From a virus (lineage: Duplodnaviria > Caudoviricetes): 55,859 nucleotides of DNA. The position numbers and the translations under genes are program-made. The DNA is taken from IMG/VR virus record IMGVR_UViG_3300044899_000002, positions 1-55,859 of that record. One strand, written 5' to 3'. Below the pieces are notes generated by a model. That model was not told where the DNA came from. It worked only from the letters and a program-made list of their open reading frames with translations, and made no database searches. Shown here one piece after another: positions 1 to 6,067 of this stretch (position 1 is the first letter of the stretch; each line of letters opens with the position of its first letter).

Positions 1-9
1 CGGGTCGGG

Positions 10-64
10 GGCGGGTCGTTCCCGCCTACACCAGGGACATTACCGTAAATGTCGGGGTTGTCAA
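10..64 (-). promoter_or_regulatory. Repeated promoter-palindrome cassette, copy 1 (its gene lies left of the window)
   Basis: Minus strand reads TTGACA-accccgacatttacgg-TAATGT, then GGCGGG-N5-CCCGCC at 10-26. Confidence 0.85.
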
Positions 65-78
65 GCCTTACACGCTGG

Positions 79-300
79 TTATTTCTGGGTGACCAGGCTG
101 CCGGGCTGTCGTAAAGGTGCCGGGTTGGCGGGTACCAAGTTAGCGGGTGCCGGGTGCTTGCGCACCAGGCCGTCCTTGCGCGGTGCCAGGTGCTTGCTGC
201 ACTCGGGGCACGCCACGGCCCCGGCGTAGCGGATGCCGCCGTGGGGACCCCTCCAGGTCACCGACAGCGCCCGCGCGCCGACGCCGGGGCAGTGCATCAC
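79..300 (-). CDS. Small hypothetical protein, possible Zn finger
   Basis: 73-aa ORF whose start overlaps the upstream stop (GTGA); contains CPEC and His residues. Confidence 0.65.
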   Translation of the reverse strand: MMHCPGVGARALSVTWRGPHGGIRYAGAVACPECSKHLAPRKDGLVRKHPAPANLVPANPAPLRQPGSLVTQK

Positions 301-542
301 TCGCCGCCGTGCTCGGACGCCGACCCGCCCCAGCGATAGCCGCCGTGCTTGGCCATCGCTGCGAACAGGGGACGGCGGGCGACGTGCCAGCCGACGGGCA
401 GGAACCCGCCCGAGGCCAGGAACCCGTCCAGCGCCTCGAACAGGTCGGCACCGCGCTCCACGTCGCCCTGTGACAGCCGAGAACCGGCCCTCACGCGGGC
501 GACGAGGACGCGCAGCTCGTTCAGCGTCTCGTCGGGGTCCAT
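297..542 (-). CDS. Hypothetical protein (MDPDETLNELR...)
   Basis: ATG at 542 is coupled to the upstream stop (TAATG); GC3-biased codons. Confidence 0.75.
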   Translation of the reverse strand: MDPDETLNELRVLVARVRAGSRLSQGDVERGADLFEALDGFLASGGFLPVGWHVARRPLFAAMAKHGGYRWGGSASEHGGE

Positions 543-1030
543 TACCAACCCTGCTGCGCCTGGCTGGTGTCGGTCACCGCGTCGGTGCCCACCACCCGCC
601 CGTAGCGCCCCATCCGCTCGGCCACCGCAGGCTCGCCACCGGGTGCGGCCAGCGCGCGGGTGTCGGTGAACTGGTGGAGCGTGCCCCAGTTCGCCTCGCC
701 GATGAACGCCAGCAGACCCGCCCAGTTGAATCGGCGCGTCTCCTCGCCCGTGACGGCCCACCTGGTGACCTGCGTGCGGCCACGGCCCTCCACCCAGCCA
801 ATGGCGGCGTAGGTGTAGACCTTGCCGGACTGGTACCGGCTGAACATCACGAACTCGGGCAGACCCGCCTCCACGGGCGGCTGCTGGGGTCGTGACGCCT
901 CCAGCTCGGCACGCCGGGCGGCAGCCGCCTGCGTGGCGAGGTCCTTGGCGATGCGGGCAGCCTGGTCGGCCTGCGCCTGGAGCGCGGCGGCGTTGGTGGT
1001 GCTGATGCCGGTGAACGGTGATTCAGCCAT
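542..1030 (-). CDS. Hypothetical protein (MAESPFTG...)
   Basis: AGGAGG RBS before ATG 1030; Ala-rich helical N-terminus followed by an aromatic-rich domain. Confidence 0.8.
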   Translation of the reverse strand: MAESPFTGISTTNAAALQAQADQAARIAKDLATQAAAARRAELEASRPQQPPVEAGLPEFVMFSRYQSGKVYTYAAIGWVEGRGRTQVTRWAVTGEETRRFNWAGLLAFIGEANWGTLHQFTDTRALAAPGGEPAVAERMGRYGRVVGTDAVTDTSQAQQGW

Positions 1031-1063
1031 GCGGTTCCTCCTGTGGTTGTGGTTGGTCGTGCG

Positions 1064-1136
1064 TGGACCGAACGGGACTCGAACCCGCATCTCGCACTTA
1101 CGTCGGCTCTATTCCGGGGACTTGAGCTATCGGCCC
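1064..1136 (-). ncRNA. tRNA-like element with Ala identity (G3-U70, A73) and a truncated anticodon arm
   Basis: Minus strand: GGGCCGA TA GCTC AAGTCCCCGGAATA GAGC CGACGTAAGTGCG AGAT GCGGG TTCGAGT CCCGT TCGGTCC A. Shows a 7-bp acceptor stem, D stem and T arm with TTCGA, but only 17 nt between the D and T stems; intergenic. Confidence 0.75.
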
Positions 1137-1171
1137 GTGTGCGCGTTGTCCGGTCGCGCCCCCGGTAGAAC

Positions 1172-1555
1172 CTAGCCGGGCAGCTCGGCCCCGTCGATGT
1201 GGTTGACCCAGTTGATGACGTGCAACACGTCCAGGCCGTTGGCGCTGTCCAGGTCGATGACCGCCACGCGGTCGCTGGACGCGGTGGCCAGGTTGTGGGC
1301 GCTGCCCGCCACCCACACCGGGGTCATGGTGTGCCAGGAGACGCCGCTGCGGTCGGCGGTGTCGCCCTCGGGGCGGGGCAGGCGGATGCTGCCATCGGTC
1401 AGGCCGATCATCACGTCGAACAGCACGGCCTCGCCGGACTCGATGCGGTCCACGCTGGCCATCTGGCCGGGGATGAGGGGGTAACTGACCCCGCCGTCCT
1501 GGCTGGGTCCACGACGGTCGGCGATGCCGGTGATGATGGCGATGGTGGTGGTCAT
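1172..1555 (-). CDS. Hypothetical protein
   Basis: 127-aa ORF with GAGGAG RBS, directly behind cassette copy 2. Confidence 0.8.
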   Translation of the reverse strand: MTTTIAIITGIADRRGPSQDGGVSYPLIPGQMASVDRIESGEAVLFDVMIGLTDGSIRLPRPEGDTADRSGVSWHTMTPVWVAGSAHNLATASSDRVAVIDLDSANGLDVLHVINWVNHIDGAELPG

Positions 1556-1573
1556 GGGGTTCTCCTCGGTTCG

Positions 1574-1628
1574 GGCGGGTCGTTCCCGCCGGTACGGATG
1601 ACATTACCGTAAATGTCGGGGTTGTCAA
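1574..1628 (-). promoter_or_regulatory. Repeated cassette copy 2
   Basis: TTGACA-N16-TAATGT plus GGCGGG-N5-CCCGCC (1574-1590); near-identical to copy 1. Confidence 0.85.
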
Positions 1629-1647
1629 GCCTTGCAACCTGGCAATT

Positions 1648-1794
1648 TCACCAGGTGCCCATCAGCCTCCCCACCGGGACGGCCAGCGGGCACGCGATGA
1701 CGAGCACCGCGCCCACGTCCAGCAGGAACGGCACCCGGCAGCGGTCGCCCGCCAGGACGAGGACCAGGCCGATGGCGAACAGCACCGCGAGCAT
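1648..1794 (-). CDS. Small membrane protein (MLAVLFAIGLVLVLAG...)
   Basis: Two hydrophobic segments; start coupled to the upstream stop. Confidence 0.65.
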   Translation of the reverse strand: MLAVLFAIGLVLVLAGDRCRVPFLLDVGAVLVIACPLAVPVGRLMGTW

Positions 1795-1994
1795 CACCAC
1801 GGGACCACCGCCACCAGGACGTTGGGGTTGATGCGGCGGGCGGCGACGAGGCGCAGCAGCATGTCCCGTTGCCACGGGGGCAGCGGCACCGCCTCGGCGA
1901 GCAGGTGGACGCGCAGCTCACCCGGTGCCCAGCCCGTCCAGGACGCCACCCTGCGCGCCCGTAGACGGTGGCGCTGGAGGCGCAGGCGGGCCAT
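1794..1994 (-). CDS. Small hypothetical protein (MARLRLQRH...VAVVPW)
   Basis: Fills the gap with TGATG coupling on both sides. Confidence 0.55.
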   Translation of the reverse strand: MARLRLQRHRLRARRVASWTGWAPGELRVHLLAEAVPLPPWQRDMLLRLVAARRINPNVLVAVVPW

Positions 1995-2353
1995 CACGGC
2001 ACCGCCAGCAGGAACTCGCTGCGGAGGAGGCACTGGCGGCGGTTGTGCGGCAGCCGGATGCAGAACAGCGGCGTGCCGTCGTTGGTCGCGGTCACCATGC
2101 TGATGGTGCCGCGCTTGCCCGCGTACTCCACCACGTCGCCCACGACGACCGGGGACACCAGCCGCCCCTCGCCCATCGTGCGCCCGCTGATGGCCCGATA
2201 GGCGGCGTCCTGCGCGGCGCGCTTGGTGTCGGTCAGGTGGTCGGCGACGATGCCCGGCCCGGCGACGGTCCACAGGGCGCGGTGGTGGCCGGACTCGGTG
2301 ACGGTGTACGGCCCGGCGAAATACGCGCCGGGGCGCAGGCGGGTCCACTTCAT
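1994..2353 (-). CDS. Hypothetical protein
   Basis: 119-aa ORF with ATGA overlap to the upstream gene. Confidence 0.75.
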   Translation of the reverse strand: MKWTRLRPGAYFAGPYTVTESGHHRALWTVAGPGIVADHLTDTKRAAQDAAYRAISGRTMGEGRLVSPVVVGDVVEYAGKRGTISMVTATNDGTPLFCIRLPHNRRQCLLRSEFLLAVP

Positions 2354-2595
2354 CGCCGCAGTCCTTGGTAGTAGCGGCTGATCTGGACGTTCAGCTCGGC
2401 GATGTTGCGGTCAATCTGCATTGCCGCCGTCTCGTTGGCGATGCGGTCGCCGCCCGAGGTGCGCAGGATGGCGGCGGCGGTGGCCAGCGTCTCCCGTGTC
2501 TTGGTGGCGCGGTTGACGCCCGTGCGGCTGGTGATGGCCTTGGCCGGGTCGGCGACCCTGCTGGCCGTCACTCCTGGCGTGGCTGGTGTGGACAT
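2350..2595 (-). CDS. Hypothetical protein (MSTPATPG...)
   Basis: AC-rich tract and AGGAGG RBS before ATG 2595. Confidence 0.75.
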   Translation of the reverse strand: MSTPATPGVTASRVADPAKAITSRTGVNRATKTRETLATAAAILRTSGGDRIANETAAMQIDRNIAELNVQISRYYQGLRR

Positions 2596-2627
2596 GGTGG
2601 TGGTTCCTCCTGGTGGTTGTGGATGGA

Positions 2628-2810
2628 CTACAGCAGGCGGCTGATGCCGCTGGGGATGCGGGCGGACCCGCCACACCCGCACAGCGTGCGGGCGGCGTAC
2701 TCGGGCGAGGGGCAGCAGGCGTTGGCGTGGAACTCGTCCCACCACTCCTCACGGGTCAGGGCGTTCTCGAACGCCTCGGCCAGGTTGACCTCGGTGCCGC
2801 CGGACCACAT
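2628..2810 (-). CDS. Small Cys-rich hypothetical protein
   Basis: 60 aa with CC...CGC; TGATG coupling. Confidence 0.7.
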   Translation of the reverse strand: MWSGGTEVNLAEAFENALTREEWWDEFHANACCPSPEYAARTLCGCGGSARIPSGISRLL

Positions 2811-3013
2811 CAGGCGATCCGCTCGGCCTGCGCGAGCGCGTCACGCGCTGCGGCCATCAGCTCGCCGAACACCTCGGGGGTGTCGGTGAACAGCTCGGCG
2901 CGGTCCACCATGTCGGCGGCGTAGGCCAGCAGACGCGCACGCCGGTCGGCGAGCTGCACGCGCGCCTCGGCGGCGTTGCGGGCGGTGAGCCGGGGGAGTG
3001 AGATGGTGGCCAT
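2810..3013 (-). CDS. Small helical hypothetical protein
   Basis: 67 aa; first gene behind cassette copy 3; AAGGGGG RBS. Confidence 0.75.
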   Translation of the reverse strand: MATISLPRLTARNAAEARVQLADRRARLLAYAADMVDRAELFTDTPEVFGELMAAARDALAQAERIA

Positions 3014-3036
3014 GTGGCCCCCTTTCGGGTCAGGGC

Positions 3037-3106
3037 GGCGGGTAGGTCCCGCCTGCTGATAGAAACAACTTTACCGTAAAACTCGGGATTGTCAAACCCG
3101 AGTTTT
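3037..3106 (-). promoter_or_regulatory. Repeated cassette copy 3, with an inverted repeat AAAACTCGGG/CCCGAGTTTT around the -35
   Basis: TTGACA-N16-TAAAGT; GGCGGG-N5-CCCGCC at 3037-3053; inverted repeat at 3078-3087 and 3097-3106. Confidence 0.85.
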
Positions 3107-3126
3107 CCCGGCCTCGTTTTGCCTGG

Positions 3127-3306
3127 TCAGGCGTTGCAAACCCCCTCGTAGCGGTCGGCGCGCGTGATGCTCGCGCCTCGGTGGTGGGCGCGGCACTCGG
3201 CCCGCGCCTCGTCATAGGTGCCGGTGAACGCCACCGCGAGGTCCTGCCCCTCGGGGCCGACCGTCTCGATGACCCAGAACAGCTCGGCCAGCGCGGCGGT
3301 GCTCAT
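3127..3306 (-). CDS. Small hypothetical protein (MSTAALAELFWVIE...)
   Basis: ATGA overlap; GAGGA RBS. Confidence 0.7.
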   Translation of the reverse strand: MSTAALAELFWVIETVGPEGQDLAVAFTGTYDEARAECRAHHRGASITRADRYEGVCNA

Positions 3307-3509
3307 TTGTCCTCGCCGATGTAGCCCTGGCACTGGAGCACGGGGCCGTAGGCGGGCACCCAGTTCGAGGTGCGCACGATGCTGGCCTCGCCCACCGAGG
3401 TGTAGGCGTCCGAGGCGTCGGTGGCCCGGCGCAGGAACATCGGGTCATAGGACCCGTGCTGTGCCCACACTGCGCCCGTCTCGGGGTTGTGGTGGATGGT
3501 GACGCGCAT
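3303..3509 (-). CDS. Small hypothetical protein
   Basis: 68 aa with AGGAGG RBS, behind cassette copy 4. Confidence 0.75.
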   Translation of the reverse strand: MRVTIHHNPETGAVWAQHGSYDPMFLRRATDASDAYTSVGEASIVRTSNWVPAYGPVLQCQGYIGEDK

Positions 3510-3529
3510 GGTGGCCTCCTGGCCTCGGG

Positions 3530-3584
3530 GGCGGGTTGGTCCCGCCTACAAGAACAACAATACCGTAAAACTCGGGATTGTCAA
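3530..3584 (-). promoter_or_regulatory. Repeated cassette copy 4
   Basis: TTGACA-atcccgagttttacgg-TATTGT; palindrome at 3530-3546; the TGA in the -35 is the stop codon of the upstream gene. Confidence 0.85.
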
Positions 3585-3736
3585 ACCTCGCCCGCGTTGT
3601 GGGCGTCGGCCATCGTCTGGGCGGCGTGCTCGCGCACGTAGCTCACCGACACCCAGCCACAGGGGCACTCGGCCCGCCAGGGCTGGCGGCTGCCCGCCGG
3701 GGCACCGAACACCCCGGCGGAACACGCCTGCGCCAT
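3581..3736 (-). CDS. Small Zn-finger-like protein (CxC...H...H)
   Basis: WRAECPCGWVS...EHAAQTMADAH; TGATG coupling. Confidence 0.65.
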   Translation of the reverse strand: MAQACSAGVFGAPAGSRQPWRAECPCGWVSVSYVREHAAQTMADAHNAGEV

Positions 3737-4047
3737 CAGGCGACCGCCTGGAGGGCGAGCGTGGCCGTGCTGGCGACGAGTTTGAACGCCCACGCGCTGT
3801 CAAGGGCAGGGATCAGCCCCTCTACGTGGTCCATCAGCACCGAGGTGCCCGCGATGTCGTCCCACGTCCAGGAGAACCCCAGACGCGCGTCCACGACGCG
3901 GTGGCAGCCCTTGCACACCGACCCCTCGCACACGCCGGTCACGGCGGCACCGCAGCACGCGGTGAGCCAGAACCCGACGGCCTGGCCGTCCTCGGCCTGG
4001 ACAGCCAACGAACCGACCTCGGTGGAGGTGATGATGATGGGGGCCAT
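3736..4047 (-). CDS. Cys-rich hypothetical protein
   Basis: 103 aa with CC...C...CKGC; AGGAGG RBS. Confidence 0.75.
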   Translation of the reverse strand: MAPIIITSTEVGSLAVQAEDGQAVGFWLTACCGAAVTGVCEGSVCKGCHRVVDARLGFSWTWDDIAGTSVLMDHVEGLIPALDSAWAFKLVASTATLALQAVA

Positions 4048-4081
4048 TTTGGCCTCCTCTCTGCCCCGGCGGGGCGACGGC

Positions 4082-4139
4082 GGCGGGACGGTCCCGCCTG
4101 GTCTGAGAACAACAATACCGTAAAACTCGGGTAAGTCAA
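4082..4139 (-). promoter_or_regulatory. Repeated cassette copy 5
   Basis: TTGACT-N16-TATTGT; palindrome at 4082-4098. Confidence 0.85.
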
Positions 4140-4148
4140 ACCCGCAGG

Positions 4149-4385
4149 TCAGCCCCGGTAAACGCGGGTGATGCTGTACTGCGTGCCGCCCACGATGACC
4201 TGCGCGCGGGTGTAGCGCATCCCGGCGGTCGGGGTGACATCGGTGACCGGGGCGTCCAGGTCGATGCCCTTGGCGGCGTCCCCGATGACCGTGGCCAGCT
4301 CGGCGACGGCGGCGTCAAAGCTGTCGCCCTCGTAGTGGGTAACGGCCAGGTCGGCGTCCAGGGCGGTGGCGGTGTAGGTGATCAT
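4149..4385 (-). CDS. Small hypothetical protein
   Basis: 78 aa with GAGGAGAGG RBS; sits alone between cassettes 5 and 6. Confidence 0.75.
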   Translation of the reverse strand: MITYTATALDADLAVTHYEGDSFDAAVAELATVIGDAAKGIDLDAPVTDVTPTAGMRYTRAQVIVGGTQYSITRVYRG

Positions 4386-4399
4386 CGTGGCCTCTCCTC

Positions 4400-4454
4400 G
4401 GCGGGTCCGTCCCGCCTATGAGAACAACAATACCGTAAAAGTCGGGATTGTCAA
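4400..4454 (-). promoter_or_regulatory. Repeated cassette copy 6
   Basis: TTGACA-N16-TATTGT; palindrome at 4400-4416. Confidence 0.85.
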
Positions 4455-4497
4455 ACCCTGGTCAGGATTACACCCCTGACCAGGGCCGACGAGTCGT

Positions 4498-5256
4498 CTA
4501 CCTCGGGCGCTCGCGCCGCACGATGGAGAACAGCAGCCCCTCCACGGTGCGCGTGATGACCTGGTGCGGGCCGGGGTTGGTGCTCGGGTCCATCTTGGGC
4601 ACCTCCTCGTAGGCGCAAGCTGCCAGCGCAGCCGCCCGGCGGAACGCCCACACGTCGCGCTGCTGGGTGATGTCGCGGTTGCGGGTCAGGTAGCCCGCCT
4701 CACCGAGGAGCGCCTGCTGGAGGTGGTACTGGGCGTCCGCCAGCTCGGTCGTCTGCGCGATGCGGACGTGGGCCATTGCGCGCGTCTCATCGCTGGCCAT
4801 GTGGTCGGCGGTGTCGCGGGTGACGTAGAAATCGGCGGCAGGCTCGGCCTCCAGGCGCAGCCCGCCGTCCTCGGTGGGGACACCCTCGGCCAGGATTGCC
4901 TCGGCGGCGTCCACGTCGGGGACCTCGGTGACGGCCTCCTCGGCGACGACCTCGGCCACGTCCAGGCCGAGCTTGTCGGCCAGCAGCGCCCGCATGGTGG
5001 CGGCGGGGATGTCGCCCCAACCCTCGGTCACCGTCTCGGGCCAGCGGTCGGACGGCTTGCCGTTGAACTTGACCGGCACGACCGGGTAGACGGGGGTTCC
5101 GCCGTGGTAGCGGTCGGTGCTGGCCTTGTAGGCGGCGGCGAACGACTTGTGCCAGGTGCCCCCGGTGTAGGCGACGTAGGGCATGGTGCCCGAGCTGCGG
5201 GTGATGGGGTCGGCCTCGGTGCCGGGGACCTGTGCGACGAAAGTGACGGTGGCCAT
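4498..5256 (-). CDS. Hypothetical protein, two domains joined by an acidic linker
   Basis: 252-aa ORF with GAGGAG RBS behind cassette copy 7. Confidence 0.8.
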   Translation of the reverse strand: MATVTFVAQVPGTEADPITRSSGTMPYVAYTGGTWHKSFAAAYKASTDRYHGGTPVYPVVPVKFNGKPSDRWPETVTEGWGDIPAATMRALLADKLGLDVAEVVAEEAVTEVPDVDAAEAILAEGVPTEDGGLRLEAEPAADFYVTRDTADHMASDETRAMAHVRIAQTTELADAQYHLQQALLGEAGYLTRNRDITQQRDVWAFRRAAALAACAYEEVPKMDPSTNPGPHQVITRTVEGLLFSIVRRERPR

Positions 5257-5274
5257 GATTTTCTCCTCTGGTTC

Positions 5275-5329
5275 GGCGGGTTGTTCCCGCCTCTGAGAAC
5301 AACAATACCGTAAAACTCGGGATTGTCAA
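5275..5329 (-). promoter_or_regulatory. Repeated cassette copy 7
   Basis: TTGACA-N16-TATTGT; palindrome at 5275-5291. Confidence 0.85.
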
Positions 5330-5418
5330 ACCCCAATCGGCACCAATTTCGCGCGAATAAACACCCCACTATTTTGTGGGTCCCCTGGTACCGACCCCGG
5401 TGCCCGGCTCCGAGGACC

Positions 5419-5446
5419 AGTTTACCGTAAAAGTCGGGTAAGTCAA
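5419..5446 (-). promoter_or_regulatory. Cassette copy 8 (promoter part only, no palindrome)
   Basis: TTGACT-tacccgacttttacgg-TAAACT. Confidence 0.75.
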
Positions 5447-5482
5447 GGGCCAGTTTCCCGAGGTCGGCGGTAGACTGCGGCC

Positions 5483-6067
5483 ATGACCCACCGACTCGTC
5501 TACCTCATCGGCCAGCCTGGCGCGGGTAAGTCCCAGCTCATGGCCCGGTTGACGCTGCCGTTTCAGCGCGTGGCCATCGGCACCGACGAGGCACCCGTGG
5601 CCCATGACCAGCTATGGCGCGCCGTGGACCCCGAGCGCGACACCGCCAGCGACACCCATGAGTGCGTGGGTGCCGAGATCGGCGTGCGCCGTCCCTCGTT
5701 CGGCGGCACCGATGCGCTGCCGTCCTCGGTGATTGACCAGGCCGTCCCCTGGCTGGCCAGCGTGCCGTACCGCCTCCTGCTCGCCGAGGGCGCGCGGCTG
5801 GCCAACCGGCGGTTCCTGGACGCCGCCCTCGGGGCCGGGTACACCGTCACCCTGGTGCTGCTGGACCACGACGACGCCGACGTGTGGCGCAAGCGCCGGG
5901 CCAAGCTCATCGGTCGGGACCAGAACGCCTCATGGGTCAAGGGTCGGCTGACGGCCAGCCGCAACCTGGCCGAGCAATTCCGCAACGTGCCCGGCGTGGC
6001 CGTCATCGTCGGCGCGCCTGACGACGTGTTCGAGCAGGTCCGCAGCGTAATCTCGGGCGATGCCTGA
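5483..6067 (+). CDS. P-loop nucleotide kinase (adenylate kinase-like)
   Basis: Walker A GQPGAGKS and Walker-B-like LLLAEG; lies immediately before terminase as in cluster B-type phages; TAGACT -10 lies 6 nt before the ATG. Confidence 0.75.
   Translation: MTHRLVYLIGQPGAGKSQLMARLTLPFQRVAIGTDEAPVAHDQLWRAVDPERDTASDTHECVGAEIGVRRPSFGGTDALPSSVIDQAVPWLASVPYRLLLAEGARLANRRFLDAALGAGYTVTLVLLDHDDADVWRKRRAKLIGRDQNASWVKGRLTASRNLAEQFRNVPGVAVIVGAPDDVFEQVRSVISGDA

Noticed and set aside
1064-1136. Canonical tRNA, tmRNA or YrlA-type Y RNA
   Set aside because: There is no room for a 5-bp stem with a 7-nt anticodon loop and no mRNA-like domain. Arm order is canonical (D then T), not permuted as in YrlA, and no Ro-like gene is in the window.
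10-5446. Repeats read as a CRISPR array
   Set aside because: Spacing is irregular (about 0.1-1.5 kb), the intervening DNA is intact genes, the repeat is a promoter consensus, and there is no cas operon.
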